Part shown: positions 32,999 through 43,700 of the stretch, piece by piece
Position numbering within the stretch: position 1 is the stretch's first letter
How the letters are laid out: each line of letters opens with the position of its first letter
IMG/VR virus record: IMGVR_UViG_3300048910_000190
Coordinates: 49,158 to 113,157 of that record
Reading direction: 5' to 3' (one strand)
DNA length: 64,000 nt
Source of the DNA: a virus
The notes under the pieces: model-generated
Databases searched by the model: none
What the model was told of the DNA's origin: nothing
The model's input: the letters and a program-made list of their open reading frames with translations, nothing else
Position numbers and translations under genes: made by a program

Positions 32999-33874
32999 AT
33001 GCGCGTCCTGATCACCGGTCACCGCGGCTTCATTGGCCGACACCTGGCCGCAGCCTGTGAAGCGCGCGGGTGGGAAGTGACCGGCGTCGACCTCGTGGAC
33101 GGAGACGACGCCCTCGACTTCTTCCGCTACCGACAAGACGAGCGCCGGTACGGTATCGCGTTCCACTGCGCCGCGATCGTCGGTGGCCGGGCCAGCATCG
33201 ACGGTCATCCCCTCGGCGTCGGCACCAACCTCGCCCTCGACAGCTGGTTCATGCGGTGGCTCGTCAGCTCCGGCACGCCCCGAGCCGTCTACTACTCCAG
33301 CTCGGCCGCGTACCCTGTCGCGCTGCAAGGCGAGAACTCGGGACACCGCCTGCGCGAGGACGACATCGACCTTGAGCGGCCCGGGCGGCCGGACGCCACC
33401 TATGGCCTCGCGAAGCTGACCGGCGAGCAGCTCGTGCCGTACGCCGAGGCGGAGGGCTGCCGCGTGCATGTGCTGCGCCCCATGTCCGGGTACGGCGCCG
33501 ATCAGGCCCTCGACTACCCGTTCCCCTCGTTCATCGCACGCGCCAAGCGCGGTGACGACCCCTTCGAGATCTGGGGAACCGGACGGCAGGTCCGCGACTG
33601 GATCCACATCGACGATGTCGTGGGCGCGACGCTGGCCGTCGTGGACCAGGACGTGACCGGGCCCGTCAATCTCGGAACCGGCCGGGCAACCAGCTTCAAC
33701 GAGCTCGCCCGGGCGGTGTGTGCGGCGGCCGGCTACCAGCCGTGGCTCAAGCACATCATCGGCGCCCCAGACGGGGTGCAGTACCGCGTCGCTGACCCCA
33801 CCAAGATGCTCACCATCTACCAGCCCAGGGTGACCCTCGAAGAGGGCATTCGTCGCGCTCTGGAGGCAGCATGA
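32999..33874 (+). CDS. NAD-dependent nucleotide-sugar epimerase/dehydratase (extended SDR)
   Basis: VLITGHRGFIG, YYSSSAAY, YGLAK (YxxxK), RDWIHIDD, NLGTG. Confidence 0.93.
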   Translation: MRVLITGHRGFIGRHLAAACEARGWEVTGVDLVDGDDALDFFRYRQDERRYGIAFHCAAIVGGRASIDGHPLGVGTNLALDSWFMRWLVSSGTPRAVYYSSSAAYPVALQGENSGHRLREDDIDLERPGRPDATYGLAKLTGEQLVPYAEAEGCRVHVLRPMSGYGADQALDYPFPSFIARAKRGDDPFEIWGTGRQVRDWIHIDDVVGATLAVVDQDVTGPVNLGTGRATSFNELARAVCAAAGYQPWLKHIIGAPDGVQYRVADPTKMLTIYQPRVTLEEGIRRALEAA

Positions 33875-34806
33875 GTGCTCACGAGATGACCGCCGAGCAG
33901 TACGTCCCGTTCGCGGTGGCCCTTGAGGTCAACCGGCGGGATGCCATCGCTGGCCTGACTGTCTTCAAGCGCCCCCTGCCATCCTGCCCGGTATGCGGCA
34001 AGGCAACGAGCAGTGTCACCACACGAACCGCCGACTACTCCTTCGCAGGATCAGGCTCTGTTGCGGTCTCTCTGCCGTGTGGCCACGTTCTGACCATCAG
34101 CGAGCAACTCGTTTGGGACCTGGCGGACACCGTGCGGAACCTCGCCGACTGGGAGTGCAACCGACCCGTCGGCCAGCACCTGGAGGGGCCGCAGCCTCCC
34201 CGCGTGAAGCTGCAGCCCGGCATCTCCGTCGTCGTGCCGACCCATCCGGCGCGGGTTCGCAACGGCATGACGAAGCGCGCCGTCGGCAGCGTGCTCGGGC
34301 AGACCCTGCCCGCCGCGGCCATCATCATCGAGCAGGACCTGACGCGGGCTGGTGCCGCGGCAACCCGGCACCGCGGGCTGATGAAGGTCACCACCGAGTG
34401 GGTCGCGTTCCTCGACAGCGACGACCAGATGAAGCCCAACCACCTGGCCGAGCTCATGGCCTGCGCCGAGGAGACCGGCGCCACGTATGTCTACAGCTGG
34501 TACGAAGCCGTCGGGTTCGGCGCGGACCCGCTGCCGCACTTCGGGAGGCCCTTCGACCCGGCGTCGCCGACGCAGACCACCATCACCACCCTCGTCCGCG
34601 CCGAACTCGCCCAGGCCGTCGGCTTCCGCGAACCCCCGCCCGGAGCACTGATCAACGGCGAAAGGTACGGCGAGGACTTCCAATTCACCATCGAGTGCCT
34701 CGCCGCTGGCGCCCGCATCGTCCACCACCCGGCGCGCACCTGGCTCTGGAACTACCACGGCGCCAACAGCTCCGGCCAGCCCGGCCGCGGCGACGCCACT
34801 CACTGA
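33871..34806 (+). CDS. GT2 glycosyltransferase with an N-terminal Zn-ribbon-like domain
   Basis: CPVCG...LPCGH, then ISVVVPTH, WVAFLDSDD, GEDF. Confidence 0.85.
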   Translation: MSAHEMTAEQYVPFAVALEVNRRDAIAGLTVFKRPLPSCPVCGKATSSVTTRTADYSFAGSGSVAVSLPCGHVLTISEQLVWDLADTVRNLADWECNRPVGQHLEGPQPPRVKLQPGISVVVPTHPARVRNGMTKRAVGSVLGQTLPAAAIIIEQDLTRAGAAATRHRGLMKVTTEWVAFLDSDDQMKPNHLAELMACAEETGATYVYSWYEAVGFGADPLPHFGRPFDPASPTQTTITTLVRAELAQAVGFREPPPGALINGERYGEDFQFTIECLAAGARIVHHPARTWLWNYHGANSSGQPGRGDATH

Positions 34807-34818
34807 GAAGGGGAATCC

Positions 34819-35025
34819 ATGGCCACCATCGACCCGAATCGGGCACTGCCCGTCTATCAGGCCCGCGTCAGCAACATGATCAACGACATCATTCTCCGAG
34901 ACATCGCCATCTCCGAACTGGAGGAGAGCAACAGTCGGCTCCAGCAGGAGAACGTGGACCTGAGGAAGCAGGTCCACGACCTGACCCCAGGCCGCGACCC
35001 GGCTGCTCCCTCCGAGGTTGACTAG
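34819..35025 (+). CDS. Small coiled-coil protein
   Basis: ISELEESNSRLQQENVDLRKQV; RBS AAGGGA. Confidence 0.7.
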   Translation: MATIDPNRALPVYQARVSNMINDIILRDIAISELEESNSRLQQENVDLRKQVHDLTPGRDPAAPSEVD

Positions 35026-36245
35026 GCGACGCGGGTGAAACGCAGGTGCGAGCCGGCGCGCAGGCCGGTGGCGGAGCCGTTGGACGCGTTCTGTGCCCAC
35101 CGGAGTTGGACGTTGCCGCTGGTGCTGCTGACGGTGATGTAGGCGCGGATGTTGCAGCCCATGTCCGTGGAGCCGTTGGTGCCGACCACGCGGGCCGTGG
35201 TGCTGGCGTTGACCGTCGCCTCGTACGAGGTTGCGGGCGAGGAAGCAACGACACCGAACGACGTGTACTTCATGGTCGCCCCGGAAGGGATCGTGAAGTC
35301 GAACTTGAGATCGCCGGCCGACGGGGTACTACCGAAGATCATCAGGTAGCCGTCGACGATGTACGTGGCGTTGGCGCTGAGGGACGCGACGAGGTGATCG
35401 TCATTCTGCAAGGTCGTGTTGCTGGTGACGGACTCGTCAGCGGTCTTGATGACCGCGATGGTCTGCCCAATGCCATAGACCGCCAGGCTCCCGTTGACGG
35501 TCAGGGTGTAGGTCAGGGGCGACGCCGCGTTGCCGAAGAAGCTCGCTGGCCCGCTGTCCGCTTGAATCCCCAGGGCCGCCGCTGCGCCGTTGTTGACGAC
35601 CTGGATCTCGTTGTTGTCCATCCGCAGGTTGAGCCCGGAGTCGGGCCCGATCTGGAACGCGTGACTGGTGGAGCTGTTGCTGACGTCAGCCGTCGACGTG
35701 AGACGAAACGCGCTGTCGCTGGCAAGAAACCCCACCCCGGACCGGTACAGGTTGGTGTCGCGCGCACCCGAGCCGGGGCCTATGTCGATGCGCCCGTCGG
35801 CGCGAATCTGGATGCGGTCCTGGCTGTCCCCGGAGACTCGGCCGCCGTAAGCGATCCCGGCGGCCGCGGCATGCTCGGTGAGTACGGCGGCTGCGGTGTT
35901 GCCCCCGCCGAAGGTGTTCGCCACGCGCAGGGTGGTGGCGTCGGTGGCGCGGCTGGCCCATACCTGGCCGGCGTAGGTTGCGCTGCTGTTGGGGTACTCG
36001 ACCCAGCCTGCCGAGGCCGGCGAAGTGCCGTTGTGGACGTACGAGCGGTAGCTGTTGTTGGACTCCAGGATGTGCTGCCCGCCGTAGGGCGTGGAGGGGC
36101 GCGTGCTGGAGGTGACGATACGGGAGCCGACCGCGAGGTCGAGGGCGTCCCAGTTGTTGAGGAGGTCGGTGACGACGTTGACGAGGTCGGAGCCGTCCGA
36201 GCTGGTCTTGTAGAGGCTGAGGCGGGGTGTGGTGGTTGCGGTCAT
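35022..36245 (-). CDS. Minor tail / tail fibre protein
   Basis: TTTPRLSL...NNWDALD N-terminus typical of fibres; beta-rich C-terminal domain. Confidence 0.8.
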   Translation of the reverse strand: MTATTTPRLSLYKTSSDGSDLVNVVTDLLNNWDALDLAVGSRIVTSSTRPSTPYGGQHILESNNSYRSYVHNGTSPASAGWVEYPNSSATYAGQVWASRATDATTLRVANTFGGGNTAAAVLTEHAAAAGIAYGGRVSGDSQDRIQIRADGRIDIGPGSGARDTNLYRSGVGFLASDSAFRLTSTADVSNSSTSHAFQIGPDSGLNLRMDNNEIQVVNNGAAAALGIQADSGPASFFGNAASPLTYTLTVNGSLAVYGIGQTIAVIKTADESVTSNTTLQNDDHLVASLSANATYIVDGYLMIFGSTPSAGDLKFDFTIPSGATMKYTSFGVVASSPATSYEATVNASTTARVVGTNGSTDMGCNIRAYITVSSTSGNVQLRWAQNASNGSATGLRAGSHLRFTRVA

Positions 36246-36715
36246 CGGGCTGCCTTGCTGGTGCGGTGGGGGAGGGCGGCGTGGCCTTGGCCGTTGACGT
36301 GGTCGTGGATGGCGCGGGCCCGGTCGGGGTTGATGGTGTGGTGGCGGATCAGGTCGAGCGGGTCCGCGCTCGGGGCGCCGGAGGGGCCGCGGCGGGGCGG
36401 GGAGACGATGCGGACACGGTTGGCCTTGGTGTCGGCGATCCGCTGGAGGAGGTCGGCTCGGGCCGCGTCACGGCTGGCCGGGGTGGACTGGGGGCGGCCG
36501 TCGTCGGGCATGTGCGGCTCGTGGAGGACGACGTCGAGGAGCGTGTCCAGGTCTGCAGGGTCGATGCCGTACTCGGCGGCCCGCCACGCGAGCGTGTCCA
36601 CCGGGAGGACGTGCAGGTGGGCCTGCCCGTCGGGGCGGAGCTGGTGGATGAACCAGCAGTCGGTGCCGCCGACGAGCGCCCGGGTGACGCCGGTGACGGT
36701 GAACGTGTCAGTCAT
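36242..36715 (-). CDS. Tail-region hypothetical protein (possible fibre chaperone)
   Basis: LAWRAAEYGIDP..LDVVLHEP; position between tail genes. Confidence 0.7.
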   Translation of the reverse strand: MTDTFTVTGVTRALVGGTDCWFIHQLRPDGQAHLHVLPVDTLAWRAAEYGIDPADLDTLLDVVLHEPHMPDDGRPQSTPASRDAARADLLQRIADTKANRVRIVSPPRRGPSGAPSADPLDLIRHHTINPDRARAIHDHVNGQGHAALPHRTSKAAR

Positions 36716-36723
36716 AAGTCCCC

Positions 36724-39546
36724 CTAGACCCTGTACGACCAGATGTTGACGGCGCCTGAGGCGCTCGCGCTGAATGAGGCGGTGAACCCGGTGGTGGACG
36801 AGGCGGAGATCTGCGTGGACTTGGCTGCGCCGGAGTCGACCAGCGTCACCAGGGGAACCATGGTCGATGCCATCGTCGCGCCGTACGTCAGGGACACCCC
36901 GCTGACTCCGGAGATCGACACCGATCCGGTGAAGACCGCGTCCTTCGAGGACGCCGCGACGTAGTTGTTGAACTTGCCGACAAGCCGGACCAGTCCGGTG
37001 TCGTGAAACTTCAGCATGCTCGACGACGCCGAGCCCTCGGTGATGTCGAATCCGATCTGCGTGTACGTGTCGTTGACGATCCAGTAGCCCTTGTTGTTGG
37101 TCTGGAGGCGGGTGTCGGTCGCCCCGATTGCGAGGGAGTGGCCGAAGCCGGTGTTGTAGCCGATGTACGCGCTGCTGTCGTCGAGGGACAGGACCGTGGC
37201 CCCGGCATTCTCGGCGCTCGACTGGAAGAGCAGCCCGGGGACGAAGCCGCTGGCGAAAGCTCCGATCGACGAGTAGTCCGTTGCGGAGTAGTCGGTGTAG
37301 CAGCGGATCTCTGGCTGTCCGACACCGACGGGGTTGACCACCAGACGGTTGGAGCCGGCGATGCCCGTCGCGAACGTGCCGATGATTGACACGTTGCCGG
37401 TGGCTGATGCGATGTCGACGGTCTGGGTGCCAGCCGCGTTGAAGGCCTGCAGCCCGGCGGAGTTGAGCTCGACACGAGCCCCGGTGTCGGCGGTCTTGAT
37501 GCGGGCGCCGACGATCCAATCCGCGTTGATGGTCCCGGCGGTGACCTTGCTGACGGTCAGGTCAGAGATGTGCGCGTCGTCGATCAGCAGAGCCGTGGCC
37601 GTGGCGGCGTCGGACGGCGCGGACTTGTTGCCCGCGATGTCGACCGCGATGACGCGCACGTACCGGGCGGAGGTCTCTTCGACCTGCACGGTGGTGACGA
37701 CCGGCACCTGAGCCTGGATCATGCCCGCTGTGGCGGAGACCTTGGCCTTGAGGGTTGTCGGGGACGGCGTGAAGTACGGCTCGTACTCGACGTGGATCTC
37801 CAGGTGGTGGAGGTCCGCTTCGAGGTTGTAGGTGCCGCCGCTTGCCCGGCCGAGCGTGTGCGTGATCTGCAGGGCGATGCGGGACGCCGCCACCGACGGC
37901 GGCGCGGGTGTGCTCGGGGGAATGTTGTCGGCGGTGGCCACGATCGTTGTCGTTGGCGACCACGCCCCGATGTTGCCGGCCCGGTCAACCGCGCGGATCT
38001 GCAGGTCGTAGCCGATGCCGGGCGCCAGGTCGAGGAGCTGCGCGGTGGTGGTCCCCCACGCGACGTTCATGTACTGCCACTGGCCGGTGGGGGCGGCGAA
38101 AGGCTGCCGCCACTGCTGCAGGTCCTCCCATCGGACCTGGGAGAGCTGGGACCAGGTGGCGGGGTAGATCAGGTCGGTGTCGACGGCCCACCGCAGTTCG
38201 TAGTGGTCGCCGTCGAGGACCGTGGAGCCGTCGGTGTTGTTGGGGGCGTTCCAGGCCGTGATGAGGCGGGCCCGGGTGAAGCCCCGGTTGTCGAGGTAGG
38301 CGGCGCCGGAGAACGGGGTGATGAACGTCGGAACGCCGGGGATGGACGTGTCGGCGGTGGGGCGGGAGCCGACGGGTTCGGTGCTGGAGTTGGTGAGCTG
38401 TCTCTCGAAGTTGCCGACGACCACGGTGGTGGTGCCGTCGGGTTCGAACGTCACGTAGTCCGTGAGGTCGGTCCACGCGCCTGCGGCGGACCGGTAGCCG
38501 ACGGTGTGCCCGGCGGTGACGGGCCACGTCGTCTCGGTGACCTGCAGCTTCAGCGGGTTGAGGCGCTGCCCCCGGAAATTGATCTCGTTGGCGGTGTCAA
38601 CGAGGCCCTTGTCCGGGTCGTACGTCCACACGTAGTCGCCCGGGATGAAGCTCCCCGCGATGTCGTAGTCAGCGGCGGTCAGGGTGAGGGCGTGGTGCGG
38701 GCCGGTGAACTGGGAGAGGGCCAGCTGCGCGCGGACGATCGCGTTGGTCTGCGAGGTGCCGGACTCGGACACCATGCGGGTGAACGCGACGCTGTTGCCG
38801 TGCAGGTCCTTGTACGGGTTGAGGGCGGGGTTGATGTTGGCGGAGCCGGTGGCGATGGACGCGCCTTCGCCCTGCGCGAGGAGGACGACGCGGGTGGTGA
38901 AGTCCTGCACGTCCTCGGCAAGGTTCAGCTGTCCGGGGAGTGCGAGGAGGTTCATGTCCTGACCGGCGCCGCGTTTGACGATCGCGCATGCCGGGGTGGT
39001 GACGAAGAGGTTGGACTCCGGGCCCGCGTCGAGGGTGCCGTTGCCGTTGACCCGCCACGACACGGGCACGGCAGTGGTGGACATGGTGTCGCACACGTAC
39101 TGGATGGCCTTGCGGGGGGTTTGCCACTGGTGGACGCCGGAGTAGGTGCCCGCAACCGAGTACAGGGTGCCCTCGGTGATTGCACCGGAGGACGGGAGCA
39201 GGCCGCGGATGGCGGTCGGGAACGAGGCGGAGATGAAGGCGAAGGGGCTCTCGATTACGGCGCCCTTGTCGTCCTCGTCGCCGAGCCAGAACTCCAGTCC
39301 ACTGCCGCCGATCTGGACCATGTCGGCCCGGGTGCGGGCGTCGTCGGAGAAGGTCTTTGAGCGGACGACGCCGACGTACCGGGCGGCGGTGAGGAGGTTG
39401 TCGCCGTAGGCGCGGGGGTCGATGCGTCCGGCGACGATCGCGATGTGGCCGAGTTCTTGGACGGCGTCGAGTACGTCGCGCGGGCAGTCCGGCTTGAGGG
39501 CGATCTGCCAGGAGCCGAGGGCGGTGTGGACTTGGGTGACGGGCAT
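36724..39546 (-). CDS. Minor tail (hub/central fibre) protein with FN3-like domains
   Basis: About 940 aa; YDLQIRAVDRAGN and YVRVIAVDIAGNKS FN3 signatures. Confidence 0.85.
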   Translation of the reverse strand: MPVTQVHTALGSWQIALKPDCPRDVLDAVQELGHIAIVAGRIDPRAYGDNLLTAARYVGVVRSKTFSDDARTRADMVQIGGSGLEFWLGDEDDKGAVIESPFAFISASFPTAIRGLLPSSGAITEGTLYSVAGTYSGVHQWQTPRKAIQYVCDTMSTTAVPVSWRVNGNGTLDAGPESNLFVTTPACAIVKRGAGQDMNLLALPGQLNLAEDVQDFTTRVVLLAQGEGASIATGSANINPALNPYKDLHGNSVAFTRMVSESGTSQTNAIVRAQLALSQFTGPHHALTLTAADYDIAGSFIPGDYVWTYDPDKGLVDTANEINFRGQRLNPLKLQVTETTWPVTAGHTVGYRSAAGAWTDLTDYVTFEPDGTTTVVVGNFERQLTNSSTEPVGSRPTADTSIPGVPTFITPFSGAAYLDNRGFTRARLITAWNAPNNTDGSTVLDGDHYELRWAVDTDLIYPATWSQLSQVRWEDLQQWRQPFAAPTGQWQYMNVAWGTTTAQLLDLAPGIGYDLQIRAVDRAGNIGAWSPTTTIVATADNIPPSTPAPPSVAASRIALQITHTLGRASGGTYNLEADLHHLEIHVEYEPYFTPSPTTLKAKVSATAGMIQAQVPVVTTVQVEETSARYVRVIAVDIAGNKSAPSDAATATALLIDDAHISDLTVSKVTAGTINADWIVGARIKTADTGARVELNSAGLQAFNAAGTQTVDIASATGNVSIIGTFATGIAGSNRLVVNPVGVGQPEIRCYTDYSATDYSSIGAFASGFVPGLLFQSSAENAGATVLSLDDSSAYIGYNTGFGHSLAIGATDTRLQTNNKGYWIVNDTYTQIGFDITEGSASSSMLKFHDTGLVRLVGKFNNYVAASSKDAVFTGSVSISGVSGVSLTYGATMASTMVPLVTLVDSGAAKSTQISASSTTGFTASFSASASGAVNIWSYRV

Positions 39547-39547
39547 G

Positions 39548-40768
39548 TCAGCGCCTCGCCGTGTAGGTGGCTTCGGCGAGCGCGCCGATGTACATGTTCC
39601 GCAGGTCTGTCGCGGCGTCACCGGACACTGCGCTCCCGCCTCCGGCGACGACGCCGAGCCAGAAGTCGAGCGTCGCGGTGGTGGCCTTGGACACGCCGAG
39701 GTTGGCATGCGCGGTGAAGGTGCGGGCGCTGCCGGCCGCGGCCCGGTTGCCGTCCGTGTCGTTGCCGGTGGCGACGACGTAGCCGGACGCGGCGGCGTTG
39801 GTGTTGGTCTCGGAGGTGGCGAGGTACACGGCGAGGGTGGAGGCCGCGCCGGACTGCAGGTAGCCCTCTACGAAGCGAGAGCCGCGGCGCAGGGTGAGGT
39901 CGAGGGTGACGCGGCCGGGGGAGCGTGGCGCGGTGAGGCGTAGGACGCACTGCTCGACGTCGTTGCGGAGCATGGTGGCGGAGTCCCAGGCGGCGACGTT
40001 GGAGCCGCCGACGGTGATGTTCCACCGCTTGGAGTGCCAGGCGCCGCCTGTGTAGGACTGGACGTCGAGGACGCCCGCCGTGGCGGTGGGGGTGACGTTG
40101 ACGAGGGCGTTGCCGAGAGTCCACGCGGCGACGGGCACGGGCTGGCCGATGCCTTCCAGTTCGAAGCCGGAGCCCGTCGCGGTGGCAGTGTCGTTGATGC
40201 GGACACGGCCGTTCAGGTAGTTGGCGGGGTCGCAGCCCCAGCGGGGCGAGGTTCCGGCGGGGATGCCGCGGTAGACGGTCATGGCGCCATCGGCTCCCGT
40301 GCGGGTCATCAACGTCGGGTTGGTGGCGCCCGTGTAGTAGGTGGTGTGGCCGATCGGCGGGGCGTGCCAGGTCTCCCCGGTGAGCGCGAAGTCGTTGGCT
40401 CGGACAGCGCCGGTCAGCCTGCTCTGCAGGTCGACTTCGGAGGCCGCACCGAGGCGCGTCAGGGCGACCTTCCAGGTCGAGGTCACCATGTCGCCGACGA
40501 GCTCGCGCAGCACCGCGCTGGAGCTCTTGACTGTGTAGTAGCCGTTGCGTTCCGGCTTGTCCGTCCACGTCACCGCGATCGGGGTGCCCTGCTCCAAGGC
40601 CTCCAGGTTGTCGTGCCGGGCTACGAGTACGGCACGGGTCAGGGGCGGATTGGACTCCTGGCCGTCGAGGTCGAGGGTGCGGTCGTCTCCTGCCGAGGCC
40701 TCCGTGACGGTGAAGGTTTCCCGCAGCGTGGTGCGGCCGAGCTGGATCGTGCCCCAGGTGCCGGTCAT
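39548..40768 (-). CDS. Distal tail / minor tail protein
   Basis: First gene after the tape measure; beta-rich. Confidence 0.8.
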   Translation of the reverse strand: MTGTWGTIQLGRTTLRETFTVTEASAGDDRTLDLDGQESNPPLTRAVLVARHDNLEALEQGTPIAVTWTDKPERNGYYTVKSSSAVLRELVGDMVTSTWKVALTRLGAASEVDLQSRLTGAVRANDFALTGETWHAPPIGHTTYYTGATNPTLMTRTGADGAMTVYRGIPAGTSPRWGCDPANYLNGRVRINDTATATGSGFELEGIGQPVPVAAWTLGNALVNVTPTATAGVLDVQSYTGGAWHSKRWNITVGGSNVAAWDSATMLRNDVEQCVLRLTAPRSPGRVTLDLTLRRGSRFVEGYLQSGAASTLAVYLATSETNTNAAASGYVVATGNDTDGNRAAAGSARTFTAHANLGVSKATTATLDFWLGVVAGGGSAVSGDAATDLRNMYIGALAEATYTARR

Positions 40769-43700
40769 CAGCGGCTCCTCCCCCGGTCGTAGTTGCGCAA
40801 CGCGTCCTTGATCTCGCCGACCATGGCGTTTGCTGCGGCCCGGCGCTCTGCCGCGGATGACATGTCGAAGGAACCGCTGATCGTCAGGTTCTGGATCGTG
40901 ATCGTGGCACCGGCTGCCGCCGTGGCTGCGGACACGGCCGGGCTGCTGCTGGTGGCGGCTCCGACTGTCGGCAGGCTCGGCGACCCCACGCCGAGGGGCA
41001 TGCCGGCGATGTCGCCGGTGATGCCTTGCAGCTGCGCCCGGAGGTCTGGCACACGGGACGCGATGCCGCCCATCAGGCCGTCCATCAGCAGCTTGCCGGA
41101 GGGGGTGAGGATGCGGGCGTCGACCTTGGGTGGGCCCTTCCAGTCGGGGAGGTGGCTGGTGAGGTCGAGGAGAGTTCTCTCCACGGCGTAGAAACGGGAC
41201 TGGATGCCGCTGATGAACGAGTTGATGACGGACTGTCCGGCCCGGTACAGGGAGGACCCGAGGTCGTCGAACACCCCCATGACCCGACTGGGTATCTCGA
41301 CGAACTCCCTGACGACGAGGTCCTTGAACCCGACCAGGACATCCCGCGCCGAGCTGATCGCCCCGCGGTAGTCGCCGTTCAGGAACTGGGTCAGCATCCG
41401 CAGGGCGGGCACGACGATCTGCGTGAGGGCCCGTGCGAAGTTGTCCGCGAAGATCGCGGCTAGCTGGCCGATTGCAGAGATGATCGGGATCAGGAGCGGC
41501 ATCATCGCCTTCAGCTGCTCGCCCAGCAGACGCGCCAGCAGTTGGAGGAGGGGCGCCAGGGCCGCAGCGACCTGGGCAAACGCCTGGCCCAGCTGGGCGA
41601 GCGGCAGCTCCTGGATCAGCTGGGTCAGAATCGGCAGGAGAGCGCCCGTCAGGGTGGTGAGGATGTTGACGAAAGGCGTGAGCAGTGCGGGCAGTTGAGC
41701 CAGGAGCGGCATCAGGAACGCGCCGATCTGATCAGCCGCCGCCTGGATCACCGGCGCCAGCTGCCGGAAGATCTCGGCGAGACCGGCGAGGATCGGCGAG
41801 AGTGCGCCGAGGAGCTGGCCCGCCAGCTTGCCTGCCAGGGTCAGCAGCGGCCCCGCTGCGGTGATCAGCTGGCCGACGGCCTGCGCGGCGGACAGGAGAA
41901 CTGGGGCGAGCCCGGCGATGACCGGCCGCAGGGCGTTGCCCAGAGTCTGGATCAGTGCCTGCACAGGCGGGGCCAGGGCTTGGATGACGGGGGCGAGGGC
42001 CATCAGCGCCTGGCCGAGGAGTGGGGCGACCGTTGTTGCCAGGGCGTTGAACGTGCCGAAGAGCGCGGTCAGGGCGCCCTGAATTTCGGGGGCGGCGGTG
42101 ATCCGCCGCAGTTCCTTGAAGACCGACCCCAGCATGCCGAGGGCGTCTCCGCCCGCCGATCCGGCGGCCTTCAGAACGTTCCCGACCGTGCCGAGGACGT
42201 CACCGAGGAGACGTCCGAACTGGCCGACCAGATCCAGGGCCCGGTTGATCGTGTCGGTGAGGCCGCCACTGGCAAACGACTTCGCGAGCTTGTCGCCGAA
42301 CGAGCCGACAGTGTCGGCGATCAGCTGGGTGACGCGCAGGAACGCCGGGCCGGCCGCTGCGGTGAGCTGACCGAACATGGTGACCAGCCGCGCCGGGACC
42401 TGCTCCAGCGGCTTGAGGCCGTTGTTGATCCCTTCGAATGCCGTTTTGAGGGTGCCGGTCTTCGACAGGTTCCCGACCGCGTCGAGGGCGTTCAGGGCGA
42501 CCTGGTTGAGGATCCCGGCGGTGCCGACCAGCCCGGCCTGCAGATCCGGCAGGACCTGGTGCGCCACTGTGGTGAGCCGGTCGCCGATCCCGGCGAACAT
42601 GGCCTGCTGAACGTCCAGCTTCAGGGCATCCCAGGCGGGCTTCAGGGCGATGACCGCGTTCACGAAATCCCTCGCGGAGGGGGCAAGCTTCGCGATCGCA
42701 TCCGCCGCGCCGCCGGCCGCGGCGCCGGTCTTCTGCATCGCGTCCGTGACAGCCTGCTGCGCCTGCGCGACACGGATCGCACCGTCCTCCGCAGCCTCGA
42801 CCTCCGATATGCGCGCCTCCGTCAGGGCCTGCGTCTTGTCGAGGACGTCCTGCTGCGCGTTCGAAACGTCCTGGGTCGCCTGCACGACCTTCTCGTTGCC
42901 GTCGACGCCAGCCTTCGCCGCGTCCGCGGCCTCCTGCTTGAGGCGCTGCTGGGCGAGGGTCTGCTCGTTGAGGTGCTGCACGGCCTGGTCGTAGGCGAGC
43001 TGTGCTTCCTGCCTCTGCTCCTCGGTGGCGGTCGGGTCGGCGAGGGTCTTGTCGAGGTCCTCTTTGGCTTTCTGGACGTCGAGGACCGCCTGCCGGTGGT
43101 CCAACTCGCCGTCGATCAACTGGTTTTGGTAGTCCTCCAGCTGCTCCTTGGCGGCCTTGCGGGCCTGGATGAGGTCGAGCTGGGCCTGCTTCTCCTTCAA
43201 CTGCGCGGCGGTGAGGTCGCGTTCGGCGGCGGCGACCTGCTGGACGGCGTGCCGGTTGGCGTCGGCCGCATCCCGAATGGCGATCTTCAGGGCGGTCTGG
43301 GCGTCCGCGAGAGCGTGGGTGGCGGTGGCGGCCCCGCCTGCTCCGCCGACGGCGGGCTTGAACGCCTGCGTGAAGGCATCGCCGATCCCGGAGGTGCCGA
43401 GCTTGATGGCGCCGAACGCGGCGATGAGGGAGCCGAGCGCCGGGGCCGCGACGGCGGCGGCCGGAGCCATGGAGATGATCGACTGGACGAGGGAGGCAAG
43501 GGTCGGCACCGCACTGCCCGCTGCGAGGGCGAGCCCGGACACGCCGCCGCCGAGCGCACCAACGCCGCCAGCCGCACTGCTGGAGCTCGGCCCGAGCCGG
43601 GCGAGCTGCCCGAGGAGCCCGGAGAGGCCGTTGTTCTCGACCTCGACCCGCACCCGCCGGTTGCGTGTCAGCTCGTCCAGGCGCGCGCGGGTGTCCCCGG

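Noticed and set aside
29640-35025. Glycan operon as an invertible segment
   Set aside because: No matching inverted repeats were seen at the two boundaries and no invertase gene is present; the GCAGGTCAG/CTGACCTGC pair lies wholly on the left side and also occurs elsewhere (e.g. near 248)
37570-39360. 596-aa plus-strand ORF (also 35046-36749, 55573-57099, 50805-52403)
   Set aside because: Antisense shadows of tail, fibre and portal genes
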